Assembly: GCF_023055435.1 (NCBI RefSeq)
Contig: NW_025964024.1
Coordinates: 3,410,001-3,474,000 of the forward strand
Direction of reading: 5' to 3'
DNA length: 64,000 bases
Origin: Haliotis rufescens
Taxonomy: Eukaryota
Shown: positions 23,289-37,022 of the stretch, piece after piece
How the letters are laid out: each line of letters opens with the position of its first letter
Numbering within the stretch: the first letter of the stretch is position 1
Program-made: the position numbers and the translations under genes
The notes under the pieces: model-generated
Database searches by the model: none
Told to the model about the DNA's origin: nothing
The model's input: the letters and a program-made list of their open reading frames with translations, nothing else

Positions 23289-26200
23289 ATGGCGAAACAG
23301 TTGAAACCTGTTCAACCTAAGCCGTTCTCTCGAGTAACAGAATATAGATCTAGTCCTGAACTCATTTTAGAAGTAGAGTCCGTTGCTGGTGACAGTGACA
23401 ATGGAAGACATATGGACAGCATTTCCTCCGAATCTGTTATAGGGGAAGTGTATGAACCAGAAATGTATTATGATGACGCAGAGGAGGCTGGGGAATCGGA
23501 GTCGGAATCCGAGCCCGAACCGAACCCCATGGACACAACCGAATTCACAACTCCTGATCGCCCATTGAAGTTTACCGTCAAACTCCTACTTGACTGGTGT
23601 CAGAAAAACAACGTTAACGTCGATCTAAAAACTATAAAACCTGCCGCTCTTGATCAAATTCTGTGTCGATTTTATGTTGAAGTTCGGAGTAAGGTCGGTC
23701 AACGCTACTCGAGAAATACTATCGTTGCAATAAGATATGGTCTAAATAGGTATTTCGCAAACATGGTACCTCCAAGAAAGATGGACATTATTGAAGAAAA
23801 AACATTCAGGTATTCCAATGCAGTGTTCAAACGTGTTGTTAAAAGTGCCGCCAGAGAAAACCCAGACAGAACAAGCCCCCGAATGACGACTGAAGACCTG
23901 AGGAAAATTTACAATAGTGATGCAATAAGCCCCAATACCCCACTGACCCTTCTGCTCAAAGTGTGGTTTGAAATCAGCGTGTACTTTTCTAGGAAAAGAT
24001 CCAAAGTCCAACGGGAAACCAAAACGTCAGACTTCATCTTTGACGTTGACAGCGACGGACGTCGTTATGTAACCGGGGCACTTAGAGACGAGGAACGTGA
24101 CCGATGTCGGATGTATGAGAAGAAAGGTGATGAGATGTGCCCCATTTTATCCCTGGAGAGGCTTCTGACGAGAATCGACCCCAACTGTCAGTTTCTATTT
24201 CAGCGTCCACGACTGTCCATTCCCGACAGAAAAAGCGCATGGTATCACCCCGAGCGGATCGGCAGAAACTTCACTTCTCAGATGATGGGGAAGATAACCA
24301 AACTAGCCGAGCTTGATACGAAGTACACAAATGTTTCAATGAAGAAACTAGCACCCTGGTCGTTGGAGGAACTTGTTTTCCAACATAGGTATCAAGTCAG
24401 ATCTGTACAAAACGCACAAGTTCAAGCTGTAGTTTCTTACGACACGTCATCTACAGGTGGACAAAGCTTTGTTCCCGCTGATAGATCCCTACCCCCAGCC
24501 GTACTCCCAGCTGATAGATCCCTACCCCCAGCCGTACTCCCAGGTGACTCAACCAAGTCAGTTGGCTGCAACACAGAGGAAGAGAGGGGAGCATTCCGTC
24601 CATACGTTAGACGGAAATCACAGACGAAATCAGACAGGAAAGGTCAGCATATTATGGGTAAATACCACTCCATATTATATATATCAGGTAATACTATCAC
24701 AGAGAGTGAATGGGTTTGGTTTAATGCTGCCTTGAACAGTATTCCAGTTCTATCACGGCGTGTCAGCTTGGTGTGGGAGGAAAGCCAAAAGAGATGCAGG
24801 TCAAGACGTTTTCCACTTTGGTGAAACCCACAGGTATGGTGTGCTGTGAAACCTAGAATCATAGTCAGGGTGAACCGGGATTCGAAGTAGTTAATTGTCG
24901 TCCCTGCTACAATCCTGGTACCACATTATGCTAGTTGCGACTTATATATTTTACGCTGTGTCCGTGTCAGATTTGTGTATTCACTTACTGGCACAATATC
25001 ACATTTTCAGGAGGCCCCGACCCCTTAGATGTGAGCACAGCTAAAGCCAAGATAAAGCGGGTGTTCCAGCGCCTTGTGTACTCGGACCTTGTCACTGTGG
25101 TTGACTGGCTCAAGAGAATTGATGTTCTCAAAGATACTTCAGGTAAGCCAACACGAACGTCAGGCACTGCCATGTCATTAAATAGAGGAATTTGTAAAAT
25201 GAATTTATCACGTTTATGTGTATTATCAACCCGAAGTGATGCAGGTCTCAGACGTTTGCCACCTCGGTGAAACCCACGAGCACGGGTATGGTGCTGACAA
25301 ACCTAAAAACATAATCGGGGCGAACCGGGATTCGAACCCACAACCATAGGTTTCTGGCCTGCCCAAGGGACGCAACTCTGCACAGCGACACTGGGCCACC
25401 GGTGCCCCCACAATGGGGAAAACAGTGTAAGAAAGTAAACGCTTAATTAAAAGTACGTATTTTGATGTCTTTATTAGTAGGTGGGGTGAAATTGGGTGTG
25501 TTGTGACTTGTTACGTGAAAGGTGGCTGACCTGCGAGAGTGCGAACGGAGGGGCGGTCTTGTGCAATCAAGGTGTAATTTGGGAGGTCATTTCCTCCAAC
25601 AAGGGGGCGGTCGGGTAGCCTAGTGGTTAAAGCGTTCGCTCGTCACGCCGAAGACCCGGGTTCGATTCCCGACATGGGTACAATGTGTGAAGCCCATTTC
25701 TGGTGTCCCCCGCCGTGATATTGCTGGAATATTGCTAAAAGCGGCGTAAAACCATACTCACTCACTCACTCCTCCAACAAGACCATATATGTATGTTTAT
25801 GGAGCATCTGTATATAAAGGCTCCGCCTCTGCTGTAGTTTCGTTTCAACTTTTGAAATTGATAGACAAGACAAAAGTGCAGATAAACCTTATTTACGTGC
25901 GCTTTCGATGTTTCTAATACGATATTTGCATTAACGATGTCACGATCTATCTGTATCTGCAAAGTTGTATATGTTACAGTCAGTGTGTAAAATATAATCA
26001 TCCACTTTGTAAAATGGACCCGTGAAGAACCCATGCTTGCTGTTAAAGTTGCCTATGCTTGTCGTAAGAGGCGACTAACGGGATCGGGTGGTCAGGCTCG
26101 CTGACTTGGTTGATGCATGTCATCATATCCCAACTGCGTGGATCGATGCTCATGATGTCAATCACTGGGTTCATCTGGGTCGTCCTGTTTTTAGGTTACA

Positions 26201-26978
26201 GTACCATGTATGAAGCGGTCATTGATTAGTGTGATCCTTGGGTCACTGAACACCCACTTGACTATGATGAATGCTGGTATAATATTCTTCAATATCATTT
26301 GTCATTGCAGGGATAGTCTTTTGTCGTGAAAACTGTCTTAGGATAATGGAACAGCCACCGAGAGCCCGCAAGTTCACCCCACAACAAGTCCATTCCACCC
26401 AGCCATCGCAGTCGGCCCTCAACCCCTACATCCTGCCATCTCCTCTCTCACTGTCACAGTACTACATGAACAACGCTATCAACACGGCCACTACTGGCGC
26501 ATCTCGACCGGCAGCCATCTTCTTTCCTCAATTCCCTCTCACGTCTCAGAACCAGACTACCATAAGCCTGGCATCACACGAGTCCTCTCTGCCAAGACAT
26601 GCTACACCATTAGTGAATGCCCCTATTACACCCAGACCCACATGCGAGGAACATTTTCAGTATCAAACAGGGTCGTCTGCGAATGCGTTCAAAAGTGCCA
26701 CGAATGACAAGCAGCTCGCCATAGCTCCAAGACGTGCCATCCCGGCAGCCACACCCAGTCACTCTTTTACCCAGGGTGCACAGCCCGCGACAGCGGACGA
26801 CAGCTCTTCTGCCACACCCTACAGTCTTGTAGCCCAAGCAAGAAACTGCGTTCTATTGGGTCGTCAACTGCAGAGCAACGTGGATTCTAGTGACTACACC
26901 ACAGCGGCAACATCGCCTCAGAAGAAACTTAAAATTTCCAATGTCACAGGTGAAAGTAAAGTTTGGAAGATTTTGTAA
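23289..26978 (+). CDS. Gene A: DUF3504 (Crypton tyrosine-recombinase-derived, KCTD1-like) protein, ~717 aa, 3 coding exons
   Basis: Start aaaATGG at 23289. Exons 23289-24642 (alternative in-phase donor 24657), 25011-25142, 26311-26978; both introns phase 1. Motifs LDQILCRFYVEVRSKVGQRYS, TPLTLLLKVWFEI, DSDGRRYV, RMYE..GD..CPI, FLFQRP, WY...IG.N, YTN match the Crypton/KCTD1-type domain. The last exon could instead splice at the 26950 donor. Confidence 0.82.
24474..24549 (+). repeat. Coding 33-nt tandem duplication (PADRSLPPAVL x2) in gene A
   Basis: gctgatagatccctacccccagccgtactccca repeated twice. Confidence 0.9.
25011..25142 (+). other. Symmetric phase-1 exon encoding the shared unknown domain (gene A)
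   Basis: ttttcag|...|gtaagc; encodes GGPDPLDVSTAKAKIKRVFQRLVYSDLVTVVDWLKRIDVLKDTS. Confidence 0.8.
25604..25769 (+). mobile_element. SINE family A
   Basis: Full copy, TSD tcctccaacaag. Confidence 0.9.
26017..26175 (+). mobile_element. SINE-like family B (3'-truncated)
   Basis: Similar to the 813 copy. Confidence 0.75.
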
Positions 26979-27830
26979 AACTTTCATCCGAGTTCAACTT
27001 GGAGAAATGTAGTCCACAGAGAAGACAAGACTGCCATATTCAGACTTTATCCAGAAATATACATCATGGCATACAGTCGGCTTTTGGTCAAACATATTGA
27101 CTTTATACTTGAGGAATCATTGACGTTGTTTCAATGTTTACCTTACTGACTCATTCCAATTGAGATCATGTGCATTTCAAGTATTGAACTGAGAATTCCA
27201 ACTTTCTATGAATGGTGTCCAAATTAAAATCATGTCAAATTAATACAGTTGAATTACAGACGCACGAAGGAAGCACAAAATACTCTAGAATATGATTTAT
27301 ATTAATAGATTGACTCACGAAACTAGTTCTACATAATCTACGTTCCACAAAAGTAGATGTGAGTGAGTTAGTTAAAATTAAACATCGCATCGGCATTGTT
27401 TCAACCATATAGCCACAGTAACTATAGCCGATGGTGACAAATGATATGTCTGTTATGTAGTCTAGTCTTTAGTCCGCCTGTTTTTTAACAGTCTGACTTG
27501 AACGTATCATTAGCATTTTCTTGAACAAAATATATAATAAACTGTCCGAAGGGTTAAGCCATACAGTACGTTTAGAGTATTAGTGTAATCCGATCCCATC
27601 GGAGTGTGTAGATACGTGGTTGGTTTTTCATTTTCACCTGCGGTTGTCTCCCCTTTCGGGTTTGCATGTTTGATTATTGCGGTTGCTCCCGTCGCTTCCT
27701 TCTTGGTAGTACTGCAAAGTTGTTTTATTGCATTTTGAAATAAAATCAATTACTGTATTTGTACTACGTGTCATTAATGCCTTATGGAATTATTATTGTC
27801 ATTGAGCTGTTATACACTTTCGTTATTAGA

Positions 27831-27992
27831 GTGAGTGAGTTTGGTTTTACGCCGCTTTTAGCAATATTCCAGCAATATCACGGCGGGGGACACCAGAAAT
27901 GGGCTTCACACATTGTACCCATGTCGGGAATCGAACCCGGGTCTTCAGCGTGACGAGCGAACGCTTTTACCACTAGGCTACCCGACCGCCCC
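27831..27992 (-). mobile_element. SINE family A
   Basis: Full copy, TSD tcgttattaga. Confidence 0.9.
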
Positions 27993-28029
27993 TCGTTATT
28001 AGAAAAGGCAATTGACTAACACATGGGGA

Positions 28030-28256
28030 TTCTGGGTAAGAATATTGGTCCCCAGCACCCAAGCTGTTCGTAAGTGTATCGGGTGGTCAGGCTCGCTGAC
28101 TTGGTTAATGCATGTCATTGCATCCCAATTGCGTGGATCGATGCTCATGATGTCGGTCACTGGATTGTCTGGTCCAGACTCGATTATTTACAGACCGCCG
28201 TCATATAGCTGGAATATTGCTGAGTGCGGCGTTAAACAACAAACAAACAAACAAAA
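28030..28256 (+). mobile_element. SINE-like family B
   Basis: Similar to the 813 copy. Confidence 0.8.
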
Positions 28257-30164
28257 AACTCTAAGCGTTGATCATTCAGTTTACGTATGTGTGCTATAAA
28301 CGTCTCTATAGTGTGGATCTGCTTATCTCTTGAGTTGTGCACGTATCTTGTCTATGTGACGCCATCCTGTGCATCACCGTGGTCTGTTAGCGTTGTTTAT
28401 TTTACTCAACACAATATAATCACAATGTTGACAATTGTACACAGGCACACCTGTAATGACAGATAGCGTTTGATATACCTTTTACTGACCAAGCCACATG
28501 ACACAACGCTAAACGGTGCTATTGCGCAATCACTATCACACACTAGGGGCGGTTAGTTAACACTGCTGTTATTTTTTCAATATATTTGAAAGACTGTTTG
28601 TAAAAATAACTGATTATATATATTGCTTGTATACTGCTGGCGCCATTAACATGTGGGTGAATGTTATTTGTACTACAGTCAATAGAACCAGGAGCACATG
28701 CTTGGCAGTCTGCAGCTTTGAACTCCGGATGTAAAGGTAAAATGGGATCGATCATTTATTGTTGGAGGGTGCTAATTTAGGAATCTGAATTCATAACCCC
28801 GCAGCTTAACACCGCCCACCCCCAGCCCCAGCCCCACCCCCTCTAGTAGTGCCAGCATCTCCCGTCTAACAATGCAAACCTTTTGTTTCTTTGCTTTAAA
28901 TATATTAACAAAATTATTTCCTAATTTTCTAAGATCCTCCCCTAAATAAATATGGATGTTTCATTACTGGTGATCTTGCGTTCCTCACTCCATCCAAATT
29001 GTCCAGTCCCAAAGATAGCACAGCGTCTGTTGTGCCCTTAAACCTACAGTGGTCACTATATCCTTCACTATCGCATAATGTTTGACATGTTTCCCTTTGT
29101 CTCAAAATAAGACTACCACTTTAACCTCTGGTGATGTAGACGTGATATAGATGACCATTCAGCCCCGTGTGCTGAGTAAAGGACGAGAACTCAACAGATG
29201 TATGTAATATCTAGAACTGGTCAATGTCAAGAAACGAAAACAGTGAACAGCGTGTTACAGTTAGATAATATGTGCACGTAGGCAAGATGTTATAGGCTAA
29301 AGGATGAACGTGGGACAATCTTATCCCAAAATGACATCCAATATATTTTCGTTTTCCGATTCGCCCGCTAATAAACAAAAACAGTTTTTAAATTCTTACT
29401 TTTCTCAAAGGTAAAAATAGTTAGTAAAACCTTAACTTATTATAGGTTATCACGCAATTTGATGAAACGTAAATACATAACGATTTCTTTATCAAATAAT
29501 GTTTTTTTTACGTACTGGATTTCTTTTGTACCTTTCGGATAAATGTGTGAGATACCTTCTGACTGACTTCCTAGACACATAGGACAAAGATGTTGGTTAT
29601 TTGTTACTGATTAATAACTAGCTTCATTTCAAAGTACGCAGTAGAATTGGCGAGAGGTAACCCAGATATGACAAGACCGAGAGCATAAGGAAACGGATAT
29701 TTCACTCTCACGGTCGTTTCCCAAAATAACTGAATTCGGTAGATAACTAGTCGTATCACACTCCTGATAATTCCCTTTGCGGCTGTTGGTTAACTTTAGT
29801 AACAGCTGTATATCAAACCTCTTGTTCTCATATATCGTGGAACATTCCGATAAGGCAGTATTCGACTGATAAATTCTCTGAAGTAGTCGACACGAGACCA
29901 GTTTATCATAACAGGCGCAGGAATATCCAGCGTTCCCTAACTCTTTATTGGATTCAAGCGATGTCCTTTATGTTAAAACAATAGATTCTGGAACTAAAGA
30001 AACAAATTCTTTTTTCTCGGTGAGCAAACTCTTGCGTTATAGAGTTGTCTTTCTTCCCATGTTTACCGACACCAGGTGGCTTCCGGTATCATGGCTGTCA
30101 ATCATTGAATAAGATTGTGTTGATTATGACTTTAGTAGTGATGTTGTGTTTTCATGTTTAAGAA

Positions 30165-33100
30165 ATGGACCCCACCAGCAAGGAAAGTGAAGAATCAACT
30201 AATGATGAGAAGAAGTCAGCGGTCGCGGGTTCAGATGTGCACCATGAGGCAGGAATCGGCGAAGAGAACGTGGAAGACGCTGATATTGATAACGAAGATC
30301 GTGATGATATTTACATGGTACCGGGCTCGAGTTCGGGAAACGGAGGGTCCGAAACCATGCATTCAAGCATGTTACGCATACCAACACCTGAAGAATCTAA
30401 TTTTCTCATGGAAAATAAAAATACAAACAGGAAAACTGGTGCAGATATGAAAATTCTTGTTAGCTACTTAAAATCTTTGAATGAAAAGCGCCCACCAGAA
30501 TGCATCCCACCTATAGAACTTGATAAATACCTGTCCTCCTTCTTCATGGTTGTAAGAAAGTTTGATGGAGCGGAGTATGAGCCCTGCAGCTTAAGGGCAA
30601 TGCTGGCTAGCATTGAGCGGTACCTGAAACTAAAATGTTACCCAACATCTTTGACCAGAGATATTCACTTTGCAAAGACAAGAGCTGCCTTGAAGCTCAA
30701 GCAACAAATGTTGAAACAAATGGGTAAAGGTGTGAAGTCACAGATATCATCAACATCACATGTCATGGAACAGAGATTGTCACAGTTATGCAAATCTCAA
30801 GAATTTGGACCTTACACCCCTGTGTCAGTGCTATTTTCTCTGTGCTTTGTTTTTGTTGTGAATTTAAAAATGAGAAAAGCAACAGAACACAAGAAATTGT
30901 TGTGGGGAGACATAATGTTAGGAGTAGAAGAGGAGTCTGGGAGGGAATATCTTGCATTTTCTCCACAAATGCTGCACAGAACAGCAAACAGTCACTTGCG
31001 TCAAGCCCGGCAGATGATATGGAGCAAGCCGGAGATACCAGAACAGGATCCTGTAGCTTTGTACAAATTATATGCAGAAAAAAGACCTATTGCTGCCAAT
31101 CACAGATACTCTCCATTTTACCTGGGTGTAAATGTGAATCAACCTGCCCCTGCTCAGTCATGGTATCGCCCTTGTGCTCTAGGTATGAACAAGCTTAATG
31201 AGATGGTGAGACAGATTCGTGACCTAACAGGAATGGCTGCCCAAGTTGCCCCGTCAGAGGGTACTGCTGTTGTAACAGGTGATGGAGACTCAAACTGTGA
31301 CTCTACAAATGCCTCATCAGTTGATAATGACGAGGGAGAATTGAACACAAGCCAGAATGACAGCTACAGTCGACAAGACAGTAAGGTGTCTGATGTTCTG
31401 GCATACCATGTGATTGCACAACCAGATTCTGAACTGGACTCTAGTGATAGCCTGTCCCATCAGTCCCTCTCATTTAATGAAGAAATAGTAGATGATGTTG
31501 CTGACCAACAGGACAACTGCCATGGAACTGTGTCAGGATACTCCACTGATGATAACATTGCTAACGGTAAGTTATTTTCTCTTCTTCCATGTACATGTGA
31601 TATAACCACTCATGTTTGTTGTAATATTTTGCATTGTTTTAGATAGTATCAGGCACAAATGCATTAACACTAGTAATGACTTTCAACTTTAGGCTATGTT
31701 ATTATGGTAAGTAGATTAGGATACTGTTTGCATGCAAACCATGCTAACCAATGCTAAGAGGGTTTGCATACTTTCCATATATTTTTCAGAATTATGTAAA
31801 TATTGGGAACACATAAACATGATAATGATGAGCATTTTAAGAAAGTATCTAAACATGTTAGTAGCCTACATTGTTGAACACAGTTCAGACTGTTCCAAGT
31901 TGAATTATTGCCGCATAAACATGGACCATAATCTCAAGTGATCCAGGGGTATCCCATTGGTTCACAGCTCAGAATAGTAGTTTCCGTATTCGACGTAATA
32001 AGCGCCCAGGGCGTACTCAAAATTAGAAATAGTGGGCTCTTATTAGTATATTATTTTGGTGAAAAAAACAGAGTTGAAAGATCATAAATTTCATGGTTTA
32101 TGCTGACAGCCTGAAATGATTAAATTGTATACGACAGATATATTATTCCAGAATTTAATTGCCCATAATTAAGGGTGCATATAACACACGAGTGTGTATT
32201 ATACACAAATAAATAAGTCTTGTGTACATTGATCAATCGGAAGGTGTGCTAATTGGGATTGATAGCCAATATATTAGCAAATATCGCCATGGGCGCTTAT
32301 TAGAGCGGGGCACTTATTACGTCGAATACAGTACATGCAGTATGTACAGAAAAATAAATTTACTTTTGGATAAGACAACCAGTCCGTATAGATTGTTACT
32401 AGTCTCTGACCAATGGACTAGTGGTTGTAATCTGTGTGATTTTATGCAGCTAGCATGACTTGTTACCCGACTTTCCGTACCCATGGAGAATTGTACCAAG
32501 CGAAAATAATTCAAAATGGCTAACCCGTACCTAATATTCTCGTCAGATTTGTACATGTATCATGATGTATTGGAGCATTTGTACTTTATCATGTTTATTT
32601 GGCTGACTCATACCCAAATTTGGAAGACCCTTACCGAATTTTGGATGACTCGTACCCGTTTATCTTTTGAAGCAATGTTTCCAAAACGGGATTGCCTTAA
32701 CCGGTATAGACTATAAAAAAAAATTTTAAAATATGTTTGTAATTGCTTTTTCTGCAGTAAATTCTCATATATTCTCATCTGCAAGTTCATCATGTTCATA
32801 GCAATTTATTCATAGCTCTATTACATTTCCAAAATTCAATCATTTTACATTTCAAATATTCACTGATTTCACATTTCCATTCCAACATTTATTCATTATA
32901 CATTTCAAACATTCATTCATTAGTTGGTGAATGAACGATCAGTCAATCAACTCAATGCAAAGTGACAATGAATGACTTCTAAACAATCATTTTACCTCTT
33001 TAATATACCAGTAACATTAGGATTAAATAGATTTGAGTTAACTCAGTTGGCTGTGGTGGCATGTTGTTGATTTACCGTAGTATGTAAACTATCAAGGTCT

Positions 33101-36100
33101 TGGAAGCCGGACGGTGTAACAAAAAGTTTACACAGCTGCTGATCATGTGATTGGAGTCCTCATGTGTTCTTGTTATGAAACCAAAACAATCAATGTCTTA
33201 GTAGCTGAAAACATGATTAATGTTTCATGTTTCAAACCATATATTTTTTCATTGGGTACAGATTCTCTTTTTTGGGTATGGGTCATCTAGCTCAAATGGT
33301 TCAAAGCTGTATGTTACCTTGGTTTCTCTCTGTTTTAATTGAAAGTAACACAAATCATCAATAAACTTTTATATCATGTATATATCTGTTCTGACACAGA
33401 TGCATTGATTTTAATACCCCCAAACTAAAAGGGCGTGGTTATATAGTAGGGGTGAATAAATACGTCGGTCCACCGGTGCATCATGAGTTTTCATGTGATG
33501 AAACATTTTTGTCAGTCGGATATCGCAGAATGTGTTGTAATTAGCGTTTTAACATGTTTAAGTTCACTACTAAAAATAGCCACAACGAACATGTGTCTAC
33601 AGCAAACTTATACTTTTGAACCTGCTCATTTGATACACATCGTGTCTTGACCTATGTATCATGATACGTATCATATCATGACCTTGCTGTATCGTTACAC
33701 CCCTAGTAAATAGTTATTCCAAGGAATTCTGTCCGTCCTTCCAAGGACATTTTTTGTGCGACCTATAACTTGAAAACTACTAAATAGATTCTTTTCACTT
33801 GGTGAACACTTTTTATACCTATATGAAAGGTGCAATGCAAAGTTTGATTTCAGTGTTTGGATTTTCTGAAAAAATACAGCTTTTTTTCATTTATTTTGCT
33901 TAGAATGTTTTTACTTAAACATTTGTGCAATGTATCACTTGAAAACTACTACATGGATTCTTTTCAAATTTAGGGAACAGTGTCTATACCAATATAAGAG
34001 GTGCAGTGCATAGTTTAATTTTAATATGTGTATTTGCTGAAAAAGTATGATTTTTTTCATGATTTGAACGTAGTATATTATTTTACTTAAACATTTGTGT
34101 GGCCTCTTACTTGAAAACAACTTCATGGATTCTTTCCCAATTTGGGGTACAGTTTCTATACTGAAAGAGAGGGCCAGTGCAAAGTTTGTTTTCAATAAGA
34201 AATCTTTTTGCCTTTTTTATGTTTTGAACTTAGAAATATGTTGGACTTGGAAGTTTCTGCTAGCCATATATGTCTTGCAGTCTGATCTGTGATATGCACA
34301 GTTCGTTTGCCCGACGTGGGTACAATGTGTGAAGCCGTGATATTACTGGAATATTACTAAAANNNNNNNNNNNNNNNNNNNNNNNNNNNNNNNNNNNNNN
34401 NNNNNNNNNNNNNNNNNNNNNNNNNNNNNNNNNNNNNNNNNNNNNNNNNNNNNNNNNNNNNNNNNNNNNNNNNNNNNNNNNNNNNNNNNNAGCACATAAA
34501 TTTGCTTTTTCAGAATTATTTTCCACTTTATATAATAACTATTTTAGTGTCCGTGGAATCTGTATACCAGTTTTGTTTTTCTTGCCTAATAATTCTAATA
34601 ATATACAATTATGTGAGCTGTAGCCGTGTATAGTGCCAGTGCTATCCCATAGATATTCGTCAGTGAGGACATAAAATAAAACATGAAAGATTCTTAGGTT
34701 GTTCGTGTACATTGTTGTAAGTTGTAATGTTCAAGTCTGTTATAAAAATGGTCAAAATAGCGACTTTGTACGGGTCATCTGATTGCTTGCTCTGTTTAAT
34801 ATAATCATGATAATGATGTGATGTTATAATAGGCAGTGTTAGAATTTATATAGGGATCCTTCCCTGGGTTTGTTGTTAGACTATTGAAGAATCTAAGGAC
34901 CATCTGAGACTTTAGTTTAGACATTACGGTAATCATCGTAGGATGGTCATTGTAATGGAAAGGACACCTTGATGTTTATTCTTACTTTTTAACACTGGAT
35001 ATGTTTTCTTTTCTTTCAGAACCTCACCATTCAGAGCACACTGATGATATTGATTTAGCTACAGCTAAACATCAGCTCTCTGGGATTTTGCAAAGGATGG
35101 ATATTTTGGATCTGGTAGCGTTTGACCAGTGGTTGAAGAAAATGAAGATTGGTCGCGACACTGCAACAGGTACTGTTTGGTTTTATGTCATCAATCTAGT
35201 ATATCTTCACAGGTTGCTTGACTCAAAGCAAGTTCATGTGCATATTATTCTCACAACCCTGCATTCTGATTACCGTATTCGAGGTAATAAGCGCCCAGGG
35301 CGCTCTCAAAATTAGAAATCGGGGGCTCTTATTAGAATATTATTTTGGTGAAAAACACAGAGTTGAAAGATAAATTTCGTGGTTTATGTTGACCGCCTGA
35401 AATGTTTATGTACGACAGATATATTTTTCCAGAATTTCATTGCCAATAATAAAGGGTGCATATAATACACGAGTGCGTATTATACGCGAATAGGAGAAGG
35501 AAGGGGTATGTACTATAAGGGAATAGGGTTCGGAAGAGGTGCTAATTGGGATTGTTCACTAGCCAATATATTAGCAAATCTCGCCGTGGGCGCTTATTAG
35601 AGCGGGGCGCTTGTTACGTCGAATACGGTATATGTCAGCGATAGAAATTGGCACTAGTCCTATAGTTCCTGTCAAACTACCCAATAGTTTAGTTATCATA
35701 AGGACAAGTAGAAATTTGCCATTTTTAAGGGTTTTGCTATACGTTATTATAAGGACTAGTGGACGAAATATGTTAGTTTTTATAGCTGTGTGTAATACAC
35801 ATACCTTGTGAAGTTGTCATGGCTAATATCTACCCTCAGTACTATACTGCATGGTATACTGCTATACGCTTTTCAAACAATACATATTGCATTATTTTAC
35901 CTGTGTTCCGGTATATTGGGTAAAAAAATTATTACAACTCCTGTATTATCATGATTATTTGTATTATCATGATTATTTGTATCGTTTAACCTTAATTCTA
36001 AACAGAAATTCATTCACAAATTATGTTTCCCTTTGACATGAACTGACAAAATGGCGGAAACGCGGAAGTGATTTTCCCTCACATTCTTATCTCCCCTGTA

Positions 36101-37022
36101 TCTATGACTACAAAATGGTGGCGTCTGACCATGTTGACTTTTGACATTGTAATATTAATTTTAGAAGGTACAAAATAGGATCTGCGTGTACGATCGGTGT
36201 CAGATCGATCACAGTATATTGCAATACAATTGTTTTGCCAATACACAGCCCTAATCAACAGCTAATCTTGTATTTACAGGTGAGATAGTCTGCCGAGAGG
36301 ATGGACGAGGGATGCAGAGTGTCAGTCAACTGCTGTCCCGCAAGAGAAGTCATGATTCTGATGTCCTTGACCTTAGCCCAGACAAGACTAAGTTAGAAAG
36401 TCTGCAAGAGTCAACCAATATCACCCTCAACATCTCCCTCACCCCACAGGCTCTCCTGGGTGGGGGACCAGTCACAGTCACCGCCCACACTTCCAGGGCG
36501 CCTCCCGTCACAGACATCCCTGACGATGGCCCAGCCCAGAACAAGAATCAAGACAAAATACCACCCACAAAATCCAGCACTCCATCTGGGATAGCCAAGT
36601 CAGTGTATCCTATTCACATCATCCCCAACGCCACATCCGAAAGCAGTACAACGAAATATTCACGTCTTTCACCAGGTGTGACCAAAAGAGAAGGACTATA
36701 TTCTTACAGCAGCATCGCAGCACGGGGAGGATCGAGTTACCTGAGACAGTTGACTTCTGGACACGGGACCGCTGTGTCCAGTAACTCTGGCCGCCCAGCC
36801 ACCTCCACCCACCACTCCACACTCTCGCACAGATCTGAACCTTCCATAGTCAAGACAGTGCTGCAGCAAACCCTTCGCCCCGCATCCAAGGCAGATTTCT
36901 CTCATTACTTGTCTAGATCCATGTATCACCATCCTACCAGCAGTAGCCTCACCAATGGGCATTCAGCTATTATACCAGAACCAGGTTCGGGACCAGTCTT
37001 CCCCAAGCCTGAACCAGTTTGA
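30165..37022 (+). CDS. Gene B: DUF3504 (Crypton-derived, KIAA1958/ZMYM/QRICH1-like) protein, ~764 aa, 3 coding exons
   Basis: Exons 30165-31566, 35020-35169, 36280-37022; both introns phase 1. Motifs NTNRKT..DMKIL..YL, ELDKYLSSFFMVVRKFDGAEYEPCSLRAMLASIERYL, EH..LLWGD, GREYL, DPVALYKLYAEKRP, SPFYL, WY...LGMNKL. An N-gap lies in intron 1, so an extra exon cannot be excluded. Confidence 0.82.
31984..32331. mobile_element. MITE family G copy 1
   Basis: TIR ccgtattcgacgtaataag; three similar ~350-bp copies in the window. Confidence 0.85.
33447..33705. mobile_element. hAT-type MITE
   Basis: Termini taggggtg...cacccta with gatac/gtatc subterminal repeats. Confidence 0.6.
33720..34210 (+). repeat. 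Degenerate ~170-bp tandem array (Helentron/HINE-like internal repeats)
   Basis: Recurrent ttttacttaaacatttgtg..acttgaaaactact..gattcttt..ggtgca.tgca.agttt, preceded by a gtcc microsatellite. Confidence 0.5.
34363..34490. other. Assembly gap (128 N) next to a partial SINE A
   Basis: Run of N. Confidence 1.
35020..35169 (+). other. Symmetric phase-1 exon encoding the shared unknown domain (gene B)
   Basis: ctttcag|...|gtactg; encodes ..DIDLATAKHQLSGILQRMDILDLVAFDQWLKKMKIGRDTAT. Confidence 0.8.
35273..35628. mobile_element. MITE family G copy 2
   Basis: TA|ccgtattcga...tcgaatacgg|TA. Confidence 0.85.

Noticed and set aside
25604-25680. tRNA-Asp(GTC)-like sequence
   Set aside because: It is the head of a multi-copy SINE with TSDs, and the acceptor stem does not pair properly.
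29260-29910. Several GATAA/TTATC motifs upstream of gene B
   Set aside because: Short AT-rich motif in AT-rich DNA; enrichment cannot be established by eye.
36045-36125. AAAATGGCGG and CGGAAGTG motifs in intron 2 of gene B as an internal promoter
   Set aside because: Such motifs also occur in TE remnants here; no other support.
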